Shown: positions 49,418 to 59,166 of the stretch, piece by piece
Position numbering within the stretch: position 1 is the first letter of the stretch
Layout: every line of letters starts with the position of its first letter
Source: Armatimonadota bacterium
Lineage (GTDB): Bacteria; Armatimonadota; Fimbriimonadia; Fimbriimonadales; Fimbriimonadaceae
Reading direction: 5' to 3'
Assembly (NCBI GenBank): GCA_031400935.1
Contig: JANNQV010000015.1
Coordinates: 1-64,000 of the forward strand
Length of the DNA stretch: 64,000 bases
Position numbers and translations under genes: made by a program
Notes under the pieces: generated by a model
The model's database searches: none
The model's input: only the letters and a program-made list of their open reading frames with translations
Told to the model about the DNA's origin: nothing

Positions 49418-50424
49418 ACGAGCTTGCCGAAAAAATCGGCGGCACTCTTGTCGGTAATCCGCATCTTCTAATTTCGCGACCCGTACCCGCTGGATTTGCC
49501 GCTGAAGACGGTATCACATTCGCGACCAATTCGAGCTTTCTTGAGAAGGCGCTATCGGTAGATGTGGGAGCCATTGTTGCACCACTCGATTCAGACTTGG
49601 GCGAGCGATCTGGGATTTTAGTCGAAAATCCACGAGCCAGTTTTGCAGGAATTTTGCAACTCTTTGCTCCCGTCCTGGAAATCGAAAATGGAATTCATCC
49701 ATCAGCTTCCATACACCTAGACGCGAGTGTGGCTTCATCTGCAAAAATTGGGGCAAACGTAATCATTTGCGCCGATGTACTTATTGGCGAGAATGTTACG
49801 ATTCATCCTGGATGCTTTGTCGGTCCAAATTGTGTTGTTGGAGACGGCACAACTCTCATGCCAAATGCGACTCTTGTTGTAAACGTGAGGCTTGGAACCC
49901 ACTGCTTTATCCATTCTGGAGCAGTAATTGGCGCCGACGGTTTTGGCTTTGAATGGGATGGTACGAAGCACGTGAAAATTCCACAAATTGGCGGCGTTTT
50001 GATTGGCGATAATGTTGAGGTCGGTGCAAATTCGTGTATTGACCGAGGAGCCTTGGAAGACACCGTAATTGGCAGTGGGACAAAAATTGACAACCTAGTA
50101 CAAGTTGGGCACAATGTTGTAATTGGTACGAATTCAATTTTGGCTGGCATGGTCGGCATCGGCGGAAGCGCTAAAATCGGCAACCAATTCATCGCTGGCG
50201 CCAATGTTGGAGTAAAGGATAATGTTGCCATTGTGGACAATGTAGTTTTGGGAGGCAGATCCGGAGTGTCCGGCGACATAAAGGAATCGGGCGTCTATTT
50301 TGGCACTCCGCCAATTCCCATAAAGGAAGGACTTCGTGTTTTCGCACTCACTAACAAACTTCCCGAAATTTGGAAGCGGCTTAGAGACTTGGAGGAGAAA
50401 TTCAAGGACGGAAACAAGTTGTGA
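49387..50424 (+). CDS. lpxD: UDP-3-O-(3-hydroxymyristoyl)glucosamine N-acyltransferase
   Basis: Hexapeptide repeats; GADGFG, KIPQIG, IDRG and [11 protein letters not shown]. Confidence 0.93.
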   Translation: MAKSIKTWTLNELAEKIGGTLVGNPHLLISRPVPAGFAAEDGITFATNSSFLEKALSVDVGAIVAPLDSDLGERSGILVENPRASFAGILQLFAPVLEIENGIHPSASIHLDASVASSAKIGANVIICADVLIGENVTIHPGCFVGPNCVVGDGTTLMPNATLVVNVRLGTHCFIHSGAVIGADGFGFEWDGTKHVKIPQIGGVLIGDNVEVGANSCIDRGALEDTVIGSGTKIDNLVQVGHNVVIGTNSILAGMVGIGGSAKIGNQFIAGANVGVKDNVAIVDNVVLGGRSGVSGDIKESGVYFGTPPIPIKEGLRVFALTNKLPEIWKRLRDLEEKFKDGNKL

Positions 50425-51224
50425 TCTTTGAGCGCAAAACCGTTTCCAATCTTGTTCAGATGGAGGGTCTTGGACTGCACTCTGGCGTTCCCGTTCATGT
50501 AAGGATTCATCCGTCTGAGAGCGGCATCTGGTTCAGGCACGGCGCTGATCGCGTGCAAGCCATGCCTGATAACGTTACTGATACCAGTCGTTGCACTAAG
50601 CTTGGTTCTATCGCCACGATTGAGCACATCATGAGCGCGTTGGCGGGTTGCGAAGTCACGGATGCCGAAATTGAACTTTCTGCGCCCGAACTTCCTGCGA
50701 TGGATGGGAGTGCCCACTCGTTTGTCGAAAAGCTTGCTTCCGTCGGATTTTTTTCAATCGGCGAAATCGAATTGCCCGGTTTGTTTTCAAGAGTATTCGA
50801 ACACGAATCTGAGGCCAAAATCGCGATCGGCGCTGGAACCGGGCATTGGCGATATGAATTTCACTCGCAGAACCGTTATCCGTACGATCAGGTCTTCGAG
50901 ACTCAAAACGTGGTTGCCGATTACAGTTCGCAAATCGCCAAAGCGCGAACCTTCGGATGGGAAGACCAGCAAGATGAAATCGCAGAATTGGGGCTTGCGA
51001 AGGGGCTTTCTATGGAAACCTGCCTGCTATTGGGACCCGATGGCCCAATAAATGAGGCTCGCTTCCCCAATGAACCGACTCGCCACAAACTGCTCGATGC
51101 GATTGGAGATATCTATCTTTCCGGCATTCCGATCCGGTTTCTCAATGTTGTGGGCTCAGGTTCTGGGCATAAGATGAACGTTCAGGCAGCTCATAAACTG
51201 ATGCTGCAATGCGCTGCACCATAA
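50421..51224 (+). CDS. lpxC: UDP-3-O-acyl-N-acetylglucosamine deacetylase
   Basis: [33 protein letters not shown] and SGH. Confidence 0.93.
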   Translation: MIFERKTVSNLVQMEGLGLHSGVPVHVRIHPSESGIWFRHGADRVQAMPDNVTDTSRCTKLGSIATIEHIMSALAGCEVTDAEIELSAPELPAMDGSAHSFVEKLASVGFFSIGEIELPGLFSRVFEHESEAKIAIGAGTGHWRYEFHSQNRYPYDQVFETQNVVADYSSQIAKARTFGWEDQQDEIAELGLAKGLSMETCLLLGPDGPINEARFPNEPTRHKLLDAIGDIYLSGIPIRFLNVVGSGSGHKMNVQAAHKLMLQCAAP

Positions 51225-51316
51225 GGACCATAAAGGAGCGCCGACCCCTTCCGTACTCAACACTCAACACTCCGCTCTCCGCGTTCCACTCTCCTACATC
51301 CCCCATTCCGTATACC

Positions 51317-51362
51317 CAAAAGAAAAAAATCCCCTGCGGCCAAGGAGGCGGTCGCAGGGGAA
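51317..51362 (-). terminator. Rho-independent terminator with CCTCCTT in the loop
   Basis: Minus strand CCCCTGCGACC-gcctcctt-GGCCGCAGGGG-ATTTTTTTCTTTT. Confidence 0.7.
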
Positions 51363-51508
51363 ATATTCTTGCTTGCTTTTATCGTGGCAACTCTCGCTAA
51401 ATGGGGTCGCCCTCTTCCAATATTGTTATTGGCAAGTAACTAGAATTCTTAATATTTGACAGAGAGAATTATTTGAAAACATGCCTTACAAAATTTCTAA
51501 AGAAGGGC

Positions 51509-52399
51509 CTACCTCACTACCCTCACCCGAAAAACCAAACTCCCCAAACGAATCTCATCATCGCCCGTAATCAGAGTGCGCATATTAGGAGTGAGCTTCG
51601 CATCGTTAAGCAAAGTACCATTGGACGAGCCAACATCCGTAAGAAAAATCCCGTCTTCGGCGAGTTCGATAACCCCATGCTTACCCGATACATACGGATC
51701 AGAAATCGTCACATCGTTATCCGCCTTTCTGCCAAAGCTATTGGTGCCCTTTTTCAGAGGAAAGGACATTTCCGAGCCTTCCAAGGTGCCGGGTGCAACT
51801 TCGACAACGGGTGGGCCGGAAATCGCGGCGGTTTTGTTGGAATGCAAAACTTGGGTTGAATTCGATGCTCCTGGCAGAGAGAGCTTCGCTTGAAATTCGC
51901 CAAAACTGATCGTGTCGCCTTCAGAAAGAGTAACCGAACTGCCTGACGCAATTCGCTTGCTATTCAAGAGCGTTCCATTCGAACTGCCTAAATCCGAAAG
52001 AGCAAGGATTGCGCCATCTAGCGAGATACAGGCGTGACGCCGGGAGACTCCGGAATCTGAGATGAGAATATCGCCCTCTCGCCCAACGACGTTCTCGCCA
52101 GGGCGTATCGGATATTCGCGTCCCGATTCATCCACAAGGACTGGAAGCTGAACTGCAGGAGCGCCAAAAGCATCCCCCGGCAAAGCTCGATCAAAAATGA
52201 GGCCGCATTCGTTGCAGAAAATAACGCCAGCAGGGTTGCGCGATTTACAGGTTGGACATTGCACCGGCTTAATCGTTTGGGTGGCGTTGAGCGTCATCGG
52301 AGAACCCATAACGGTCTTGTTCGGATCCATATTCGGCGAACCCAATTGGGTTCGATTAGGATCGCTGGTTAGCATTTGCGTTCGGTTTGGGTCGCTCAT
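51509..52399 (-). CDS. Double-FHA domain protein with a zinc ribbon and N-terminal DPNxT repeats
   Basis: CPTC...CNECG; two FHA domains (GR..VSRRH..SSNGT; GR..VSGKH..SSNGT); ATG 52399. Confidence 0.88.
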   Translation of the reverse strand: MSDPNRTQMLTSDPNRTQLGSPNMDPNKTVMGSPMTLNATQTIKPVQCPTCKSRNPAGVIFCNECGLIFDRALPGDAFGAPAVQLPVLVDESGREYPIRPGENVVGREGDILISDSGVSRRHACISLDGAILALSDLGSSNGTLLNSKRIASGSSVTLSEGDTISFGEFQAKLSLPGASNSTQVLHSNKTAAISGPPVVEVAPGTLEGSEMSFPLKKGTNSFGRKADNDVTISDPYVSGKHGVIELAEDGIFLTDVGSSNGTLLNDAKLTPNMRTLITGDDEIRLGSLVFRVRVVR

Positions 52400-52416
52400 T
52401 TTGTTGTTAGACGAGA

Positions 52417-52695
52417 TTAGTGGACTCCCTCGTGCGCTTCCTCCCAAGTGATACCTTCTATTCGAAGGCGTTTGGAACGCGATGTATCGCCCTTGATGAT
52501 AGAAATATCGCGTTTGGGTACTTTCATTGCTTTTGCCAGGTAGGAAATGATGGCTTCGTTTGCTTCTCCGTCAACAGGTGGGCTATTCACCCAAATTTTC
52601 AATGTCTCGTTGTCTAGCCATTCGGCTTTGGATTGCGAGCTTCGAGGCATCGCCCGCACTTTTAGTTCAATTTGGTTGGTTGGCTTCGGTTTCAC
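52417..52695 (-). CDS. DUF167 / YggU family protein
   Basis: PPVDGEAN and GDTSRSK. Confidence 0.88.
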   Translation of the reverse strand: MKPKPTNQIELKVRAMPRSSQSKAEWLDNETLKIWVNSPPVDGEANEAIISYLAKAMKVPKRDISIIKGDTSRSKRLRIEGITWEEAHEGVH

Positions 52696-53167
52696 TCGCT
52701 ACTTGAGACGGTTGTGGTGACATTTCAGACTTTCTTGTGGTTGATGTCACCGGAAAACGGGCGTCGAGTTCTGATGTGTATCCATTCAGCAATGACCGAA
52801 AATCATCTGCAAACTTCTGTTTCATCAGGCTCAATTTTTCGAGGTCATCCTCGATTCCTTTGATCGCCGCAAAGTTTTCTTCTAGCAACAAGTGGCACTT
52901 GGTTCTTGTGTCTTCTAGCTTTTGTTCGGCTTTTATATTGGCATTTGCCATTATGCTGTCAGCTGCCGCCTGAGCGGCAATCATTGCATCATTTATCGAA
53001 CTTCGTTCACTTTCGTAGCGAGCAATTTTATCTTCCAAGTCTTGAAGAGTTTTTGCGCCCTCATCAACCAGCGATTGCACCAAATCGGGGTCAATTCCGC
53101 GTCGAACGCGGGCCAATTTGGCAACGTCGCAATCAAATGGTGGCGAATTCGGCGTCATCAGAATCAA
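52667..53167 (-). CDS. DivIVA-like coiled-coil protein
   Basis: RRGIDPDLV (cf. RGY...EV), followed by coiled coil AMIAAQAAAD...A...AE; next to yggU. Confidence 0.6.
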   Translation of the reverse strand: MILMTPNSPPFDCDVAKLARVRRGIDPDLVQSLVDEGAKTLQDLEDKIARYESERSSINDAMIAAQAAADSIMANANIKAEQKLEDTRTKCHLLLEENFAAIKGIEDDLEKLSLMKQKFADDFRSLLNGYTSELDARFPVTSTTRKSEMSPQPSQVASETEANQPN

Positions 53168-53203
53168 TTATCGGGGACGACCCGCAAAACTTAGAGTACT
53201 TTG

Positions 53204-53785
53204 TTACTTTTGGGGCGGCCTAAGTTTGTTTGTCACTTTGGTTAGGTTCACTTTTGCGGCTCCATCGTCTGGAAAGCGCTTTAAGTAAGATTCCCAAATG
53301 CGTTTGGCATCGGCATACATATTCATTTTGTCGTATGAATGCGCCAAGGTTCGGTACGCATTGGGCTGCGGATTCATAGGGATTGATGTTTCTAAAAGGG
53401 GGGGGACTTTTGCATAAGCTTTCTTTGCGAAATAGAAATTGGCTTCAGGAAATGCCGAATCCGGGTCGTTTGGGTTTTGCTTCCGGAATCGAACATAGAC
53501 GGAAAGCGCTTCGTCCCATTGCTCAATGTTTTCTAGCATCCAGCCCAGATTAGTGGCGACTTCATAATCACTTGGCTCGCACAGATTTTGAACTCGAAGC
53601 AGTTGAACAACTTTGGGAAATTCGCCCTTCTCGAACCAAATATCAATTTGGGTTTCAAGTTGAGAATGAACCGAATCCCAAATGAGCTTGGTCCGATCTT
53701 GCGACGGCACCTGCTTTGGCTGCTCGCCAAAAACGGTGCTTTGCACAGCCAACGCCGACATAACGCAAACTAAAACCTTATTCAT
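53204..53785 (-). CDS. Secreted tetratricopeptide repeat protein
   Basis: Signal peptide and TPR-like helical repeats. Confidence 0.75.
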   Translation of the reverse strand: MNKVLVCVMSALAVQSTVFGEQPKQVPSQDRTKLIWDSVHSQLETQIDIWFEKGEFPKVVQLLRVQNLCEPSDYEVATNLGWMLENIEQWDEALSVYVRFRKQNPNDPDSAFPEANFYFAKKAYAKVPPLLETSIPMNPQPNAYRTLAHSYDKMNMYADAKRIWESYLKRFPDDGAAKVNLTKVTNKLRPPQK

Positions 53786-55223
53786 CTAGTAACGCCCTCA
53801 GAATACTTTGCACTGCCTCGGGGTTTGCCCTTCCCTGAGAAGCTTTCATTACTTGTCCGACGAGAAAACCAATCACATTCGTTTGTCCTGACTTGTACTT
53901 TTCGACAATCTTCTCGTTTTCTCTAATCGTATTCTCGCAGAATTGACGAATCTCCGACTCGTTCGTTATCTGCGTTTTACCACTTTGCTCGATGATCTGT
54001 GAAGCTGTCTTCCCGAAGGCAAACATTTCTTCAAACACTTCTTTGCCCGTTTTGCTGCTGATTGTCCCTTCTGCGAGTAGTTTTGTCAATTCGACCAACT
54101 TAGCAGCACCTATGTTGCTTTGACGAAAAGAGATGCCTTCTGCGTTGCACTTTGCCGAAAAATCGGAGCTCATCCAGTTGAAAATCGCTTTCGGATCGCC
54201 GCCTTTAGCAATGGCTTCTTCGAAATACTCAGCATTTGCAATTTCAGCCACGAGCCAATTGGCATCATAGTCAGAAAGGGAATAGTCAGTTTGGTACCGA
54301 ACCACTTTTGCAAGTGGAAGTTCGGGCAATGCCTTTCGCAAGCCTTCGATGTAAGAATCTTCAAAGACCATTGGAACCAGATCGGGACATGGAAAATAGC
54401 GGTAATCGTTCTCAGATTCTTTGACCCGCATCAGGTAACTGGCTTCCTTTTGCTCGTTCCAGCCGCGAGTTTCCTGATGGACGATTTCGCCTTTTTCGAT
54501 GACGGCGACTTGCCGCTTAACTTCATATTGAACTCCAAGCTGAACCGAGCGAAAAGAGTTCAAGTTCTTCAGTTCGGTCTTGGTTCCAAACTGCTCTGAG
54601 CCATCGGGCCGAACGGAAATGTTCGGCTCGCATCGGAGCGAACCTTCCTCCATTTTTCCATCGCAAACTCCCAGATACAAAAGCAGTTGCCGAAGCTGGA
54701 CCAGATACTCTTTTGCTTCTTCAGGATTCGTGATGTCCGGTGGAAAATCGGTCACGATCTCCATGAGCGGAACGCCAGAACGGTTGTAATCAACGCCCGA
54801 CCCGCCGCTAGGAAGGTTCATTAGTTTGCCCGTGTCCTCTTCCAAATGCACTCTTCGAATCTTCACGCACTTGATTCCACCCGATGCAGACGGCACTTCT
54901 AGATAGCCGTTATATCCAAGCGGGTTCGTCTCGCCATACTGCGAAATCTGGTAGCCCTTAGCAAGGTCGGGATAGAAGTAGTTCTTTCGGTGGAAAATGC
55001 TGCTCATCGCAATCGTACAATTGAGCGCTAGGGCCGTCTTGAGAACCATCTCGATAGCTGCATGATTTGGAACTGGCAGTGCTCCCGGAAGACCCAGGCA
55101 GGTCGGGCAGGTTCGGGTGTTCGGCTCTCCGCCAAATGCAACAGCGCACCGGCAGAACATCTTTGATTTTGTGTTCAGCTCGGCGTGAACCTCCATTCCA
55201 ACGCTGGGCAGGTATTCGGGCAT
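53778..55223 (-). CDS. gatB: Asp-tRNA(Asn)/Glu-tRNA(Gln) amidotransferase subunit B
   Basis: [32 protein letters not shown] and GQVMK. Confidence 0.97.
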   Translation of the reverse strand: MPEYLPSVGMEVHAELNTKSKMFCRCAVAFGGEPNTRTCPTCLGLPGALPVPNHAAIEMVLKTALALNCTIAMSSIFHRKNYFYPDLAKGYQISQYGETNPLGYNGYLEVPSASGGIKCVKIRRVHLEEDTGKLMNLPSGGSGVDYNRSGVPLMEIVTDFPPDITNPEEAKEYLVQLRQLLLYLGVCDGKMEEGSLRCEPNISVRPDGSEQFGTKTELKNLNSFRSVQLGVQYEVKRQVAVIEKGEIVHQETRGWNEQKEASYLMRVKESENDYRYFPCPDLVPMVFEDSYIEGLRKALPELPLAKVVRYQTDYSLSDYDANWLVAEIANAEYFEEAIAKGGDPKAIFNWMSSDFSAKCNAEGISFRQSNIGAAKLVELTKLLAEGTISSKTGKEVFEEMFAFGKTASQIIEQSGKTQITNESEIRQFCENTIRENEKIVEKYKSGQTNVIGFLVGQVMKASQGRANPEAVQSILRALLDE

Positions 55224-55358
55224 TGGGGGATTTTACTGCTTGGCTTGGGCGTCCCGCCCAAGTTGAGTGGAATCAATTACTCTTCCAAGAGGTGAAATTC
55301 CAACCAATTCTGAGCATTTGCTTTACTTTTTTCGGCAATCTCGTTACAATCTTGGATT

Positions 55359-56231
55359 ATGGTAACCCTTGCAATACTTGCCGCGGCTGCTTGCTCGCAA
55401 ACTAGCTACAAACCCGCTACAAACCTCTACGGGTTCCTTTGTATGAGGTTTTACGAGCCATCAGGAGCTAGCATGCTCGAAAACCTTCAAGTACTCTTCC
55501 CGCCAAAAACGGCAGATGGTATGAAGATCGTACTACGAAGCAAAGATGGCAAATTCAGGGAAGAAAAACCAGCAGGAATTGGATTCTGGCCAGAATATCC
55601 GGCATTTGCAAATGTTGGCATCATCAACGGACCCCCAACATTCCAAGGCGGTCAGCCAGGCGACTTTGTAGTTGAACTCACGATTGGCGGCGAAGTCGTA
55701 GGTGCGATGGAGTATTCCGTTCTAATGAAGGAATCGGGCGATGCATTCAATCCTGTCAAAAAATTCACGCGCAAAGGGCTTTGGAACAAGCTTGGATTCT
55801 TTGCATCCTCATCAAAGGATCCGAAATCCGGACTAAATTTCTTTCATTGGACATCTCTTGACGAGTTAGGGGCAACAGGTCGTGCGGACGTAACTTTGCA
55901 TGTAATGAACGGTGCAAAAGAAGTCGCAAAAACCAGCTATGTCGTTGGCAATCCCGGTTGGAATCATTTCTCTGGGGTACCCGCAAAGGAGCGAAACTAC
56001 CCGTTCACTCTCGATGATTTTAAGACAGCAGGAAGTTGGTCTGTCGTACTCAAGCACAAAGGCGCAGCATTCCGAACCTACGCTTTTGAAGTCAAAGGTG
56101 GCAAACCCGTCCTGCCAAAGGAAAGCGCCCCGGATTATGAGCCTCGTACGGGTTTTCTTGCTCCGCGAATGATTCTAGTTCGCGGGAGCAACCCGAGCAT
56201 GGAAGACACTTTTTGGGTGAAGGCAAAGTAG
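55359..56231 (+). CDS. Secreted hypothetical protein
   Basis: 290 aa ORF with a short signal peptide, preceded by TACAAT. Confidence 0.65.
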   Translation: MVTLAILAAAACSQTSYKPATNLYGFLCMRFYEPSGASMLENLQVLFPPKTADGMKIVLRSKDGKFREEKPAGIGFWPEYPAFANVGIINGPPTFQGGQPGDFVVELTIGGEVVGAMEYSVLMKESGDAFNPVKKFTRKGLWNKLGFFASSSKDPKSGLNFFHWTSLDELGATGRADVTLHVMNGAKEVAKTSYVVGNPGWNHFSGVPAKERNYPFTLDDFKTAGSWSVVLKHKGAAFRTYAFEVKGGKPVLPKESAPDYEPRTGFLAPRMILVRGSNPSMEDTFWVKAK

Positions 56232-56240
56232 ATTATTGAG

Positions 56241-58202
56241 CTACCCCTCCGCCAAATAGTCCTTCAACCTCTTTGCCAAACTCATGGTCATCGTGGGAGT
56301 GGAGGAAAGTTCTTCCACTGTTGCCGCCCGCATGGCGTCAATCGAGCCAAAAGTTCTGAGCAGCAGCCGTCGTCTCCTCGGCCCAATCCCCGGAATCTCT
56401 TCCAATACTGAGCCCGACATTCGCTTGTCCCGGACCTTTCGGTGGTACGAAAGCGCGAATCGGTGCGCCTCATCGCGAAGCCTCCTTAAGAGCACCAGCC
56501 CTGCTGAGGCCAAAGGAAGTTCGATGTCTGAAAACGTGTATTGTTTGATTCCGTGACGAGGGTATTTGTACTCCTCATCGCGAAGTTTCTTGGCTTTTTG
56601 GTGAAGATCTTCTGAAGTTGTGTCCGGAATCTTGTATCCAGGATCGTCAGGGCTCATCTCGTGCGGAATGATGATCAGTTCCATCCTCTTTGCAAGTCCG
56701 ACCATTGGAATATCAAGCCCCAGTTCATCTCGAGCCTTCATCGCTGCCGAGAGCTGCCCTTTTCCACCATCTATCATGATTAGATCTGGCCGCTTGTTGA
56801 ATTTCGGATCGTCGTCTACAAGTGCCCGAAGCCGCCTGGTGAGCACCTCGTGCATCATTGCGAAGTCGTTTGGACTTTCGGGGTGATAGCGAACCTTGAA
56901 CCTGCGATATTCCGCTTTTGCAGCTTCCCCATTTTCGGTAACGACCATTGAGCCAACTGGCGCCGTGCCTTGAATATTAGAAATATCGTAACCCTCTATT
57001 CGAATGGGCGGGGAGTCCAAATCAATCGCCTCCTGAAGCTGGGCAAGTGCCGCAGCAACCCAATTCTCCTTCTGTTCCAATTCTTGAGTGAATGTCTGAA
57101 GGGCATATTCGGCGTTCTGTGCGGCAAGGTCAATTAGCCTCATCTTTTCGCCTGTTTGTGGAACACCGACTGTAACTGCGGAACCCCGTTTCTGCCTAAG
57201 CCATTGTTGAACAATGGCGCGCTCGGCAATCTCCACGGGCAGTAGAATCTCGCGTGGAACATCGGGAGCATCGGAGTAATATTGCTTCACAAACTCCTGT
57301 ACGGCCTCCCCTGGCGACGCCGATCCCGAACCATCCAAAAAGAACTGCCGCTGACCGATAAGTTTCCCATTTCGAACATAGAGCATCTGGATCGCCGAGC
57401 CGCGTTCATCTTTCACAACGGCCACCACGTCTTGGTCGAGCCCGTCGCTCGAAAGTACCTTTTGCCGTTGCAAAACGCTTTCCAAAGAGGAAATGGAATC
57501 TCGAATTCGCGCGGCTTCTTCAAAATCGAGCCGTTCTGCCGCAGCATCCATCTTGCCTTTCAAATGAACCAGAAGAGTTTCTTCCTTGCCTTTGAGAAAC
57601 ATTGTTACTTCCGACAAGATTTCGCGGTACTGCTTCGCATCTGCGAGCCCGGCGCAAGGAGCCAGGCACTGCCCCAAATGATAATAGAGGCACGGCCGCT
57701 GAACCTCTTTGCCGCTAAAGCTCTTTTGGCAAGGAATCAGGGGAAATGCCTTATGAAGGGTCTGCAAAGTCTCCCGAACTTGCCATGCGCTGGTGTACGG
57801 TCCGAAGTGCGTTCCGCCGTCTTTCTTCGGCCTTCGAGTGAACATAACGCGGGGAAATGACTCGTTAGTGATTGTGATGTACGGGTAGCTCTTGTCGTCT
57901 CTTAGCCGAACGTTATACGGCGGGCGGTGCTGCTTGATGAGGTTGCATTCTAAGACCAAGGCTTCCAGTTCGCTGTCCACCACAATCCATTCAACGTCGC
58001 GAACTTTGGCGACCATTCTGGCAATTCGGTTTCCGTGCCGAGTCGAGCTTTGGAAGTAAGATCGAACCCTGCTCTTAAGCGAAATCGCCTTGCCAACGTA
58101 AAGAACTTCGCCCTTTTCGTCGCGATAAATGTAGCAACCCGGCTTGGCAGGAAGCCCTTTTAGTTTCTCGGCGACGTGTTCGGTGGGATGGTTGGGAGGC
58201 AT
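56241..58202 (-). CDS. uvrC: Excinuclease ABC subunit C
   Basis: GIY-YIG (GCY..YVGKA), Cys cluster, UVR domain, DGGKGQ, RDEAHRFA and HhH. Confidence 0.96.
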   Translation of the reverse strand: MPPNHPTEHVAEKLKGLPAKPGCYIYRDEKGEVLYVGKAISLKSRVRSYFQSSTRHGNRIARMVAKVRDVEWIVVDSELEALVLECNLIKQHRPPYNVRLRDDKSYPYITITNESFPRVMFTRRPKKDGGTHFGPYTSAWQVRETLQTLHKAFPLIPCQKSFSGKEVQRPCLYYHLGQCLAPCAGLADAKQYREILSEVTMFLKGKEETLLVHLKGKMDAAAERLDFEEAARIRDSISSLESVLQRQKVLSSDGLDQDVVAVVKDERGSAIQMLYVRNGKLIGQRQFFLDGSGSASPGEAVQEFVKQYYSDAPDVPREILLPVEIAERAIVQQWLRQKRGSAVTVGVPQTGEKMRLIDLAAQNAEYALQTFTQELEQKENWVAAALAQLQEAIDLDSPPIRIEGYDISNIQGTAPVGSMVVTENGEAAKAEYRRFKVRYHPESPNDFAMMHEVLTRRLRALVDDDPKFNKRPDLIMIDGGKGQLSAAMKARDELGLDIPMVGLAKRMELIIIPHEMSPDDPGYKIPDTTSEDLHQKAKKLRDEEYKYPRHGIKQYTFSDIELPLASAGLVLLRRLRDEAHRFALSYHRKVRDKRMSGSVLEEIPGIGPRRRRLLLRTFGSIDAMRAATVEELSSTPTMTMSLAKRLKDYLAEG

Positions 58203-58293
58203 GGGTTCGTTTCTGAGAGTCAGTTTTAGATTCTGGCATCCAATTAGGTTACGGATGAAAATCTATCCTGACGAGGACTGGTGAGAAATCGGC

Positions 58294-58400
58294 TTTTTGG
58301 GTTCTGGCACCCCTTCAGGGTGCTGGGTTTATTTGATCATCTAACCCGGAGTCACTCAAGTTCGACTCCGGGCTATTGGACTGACATTCCTCCGGGATGA
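58294..58400 (+). repeat. About 105-bp multi-hairpin dispersed repeat, copy 2
   Basis: GCACCC-cttca-GGGTGC and CCCGGAGTC...GACTCCGGG hairpins; matches the reverse complement of 34963-35070. Confidence 0.75.
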
Positions 58401-58518
58401 CCATGCAAATGCGTAGGAAACAAACTTTTTTCTCAACAATCCCCGATTTTCACTCAATCTCTACAAGAATCGCAAGATTCGGTGATCTTATCGGCGTTTC
58501 GAGCGTATAATCTTATTG

Positions 58519-59091
58519 ATGAGAACCAACACTCTTAAACTTGTTGGCGTGGCGATTGGCGCTGCGGTGGTTTTTGCGGGAGCTTCTAAAGCGATCGCAA
58601 TTTATGGCACGTTGAAACCGGGAGATAAAGCACCAGGATTCAGCGCTCAAGGCACCGACGGCAAAACGCACACGCTTACGAGTCTTTCAAAGGACGCACC
58701 AGTGTTCCTTTACTTTATCAAAGAGGGTTGTCCGGTTAACCATCGCGCTGCACCTCACGTGACAGCAATGGATGGCAAGTACGAAGGAAAGCCGAATATC
58801 GTTGGAGTTTACAACGGTAGCGTGGAAGCAGCGAAAAGCTGGCAGAAGCGATATGGCGCCAAGTATTTGATCTTAGCGGACCCCGATATGAAAGTCATTC
58901 AAGGCTACGGCGTGCCGTACAGCCCGTTTGTCATGTCCGTCGGAACCGACGGCAAAATTGGAAACGTTCTAGAAGGCCTTTCGCCTAAGGAACTGACCAA
59001 GATGAACGCAGGACTAGCCAAGGCATTGAACCGAACTGCTATTGCGATGGAATTCCCAGGAGCTCCTAGCGGTGGCGGCTGAGCGTTCTAG
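58519..59091 (+). CDS. Exported AhpC/TSA-type redoxin, probable C-terminal selenocysteine (...PSGGG-U-AF)
   Basis: LKPGDKAPGFS and single-Cys GCPVN; TGA at 59080-59082 followed by GCG TTC TAG and a strong hairpin. The redoxin call is secure; the Sec extension is inferred. Confidence 0.75.
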
Positions 59092-59121
59092 ACCTTCATT
59101 CCCGTTGGGAATGAACCGAAC
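59085..59121 (+). promoter_or_regulatory. Candidate bacterial SECIS element
   Basis: Perfect 9-bp stem TTCATTCCC-GTT-GGGAATGAA (59095-59115) starting 12 nt after the UGA, plus a lower GTTC/GAAC stem. Confidence 0.55.
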
Positions 59122-59123
59122 TT

Positions 59124-59162
59124 AAAGCCCAGTCGAGCAAGTTTTGCGAAGCTGGGTTTTTT
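59124..59162. terminator. Rho-independent (possibly bidirectional) terminator
   Basis: AAAGCCCAG...CTGGGTTTTTT between convergent genes. Confidence 0.65.
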
Positions 59163-59166
59163 AACG

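Noticed and set aside
57282..57860. Long antisense ORFs (e.g. 192 aa opposite uvrC, 188 aa opposite the sigma factor)
   Set aside because: They are shadow frames of conserved genes with no motifs or translation signals.
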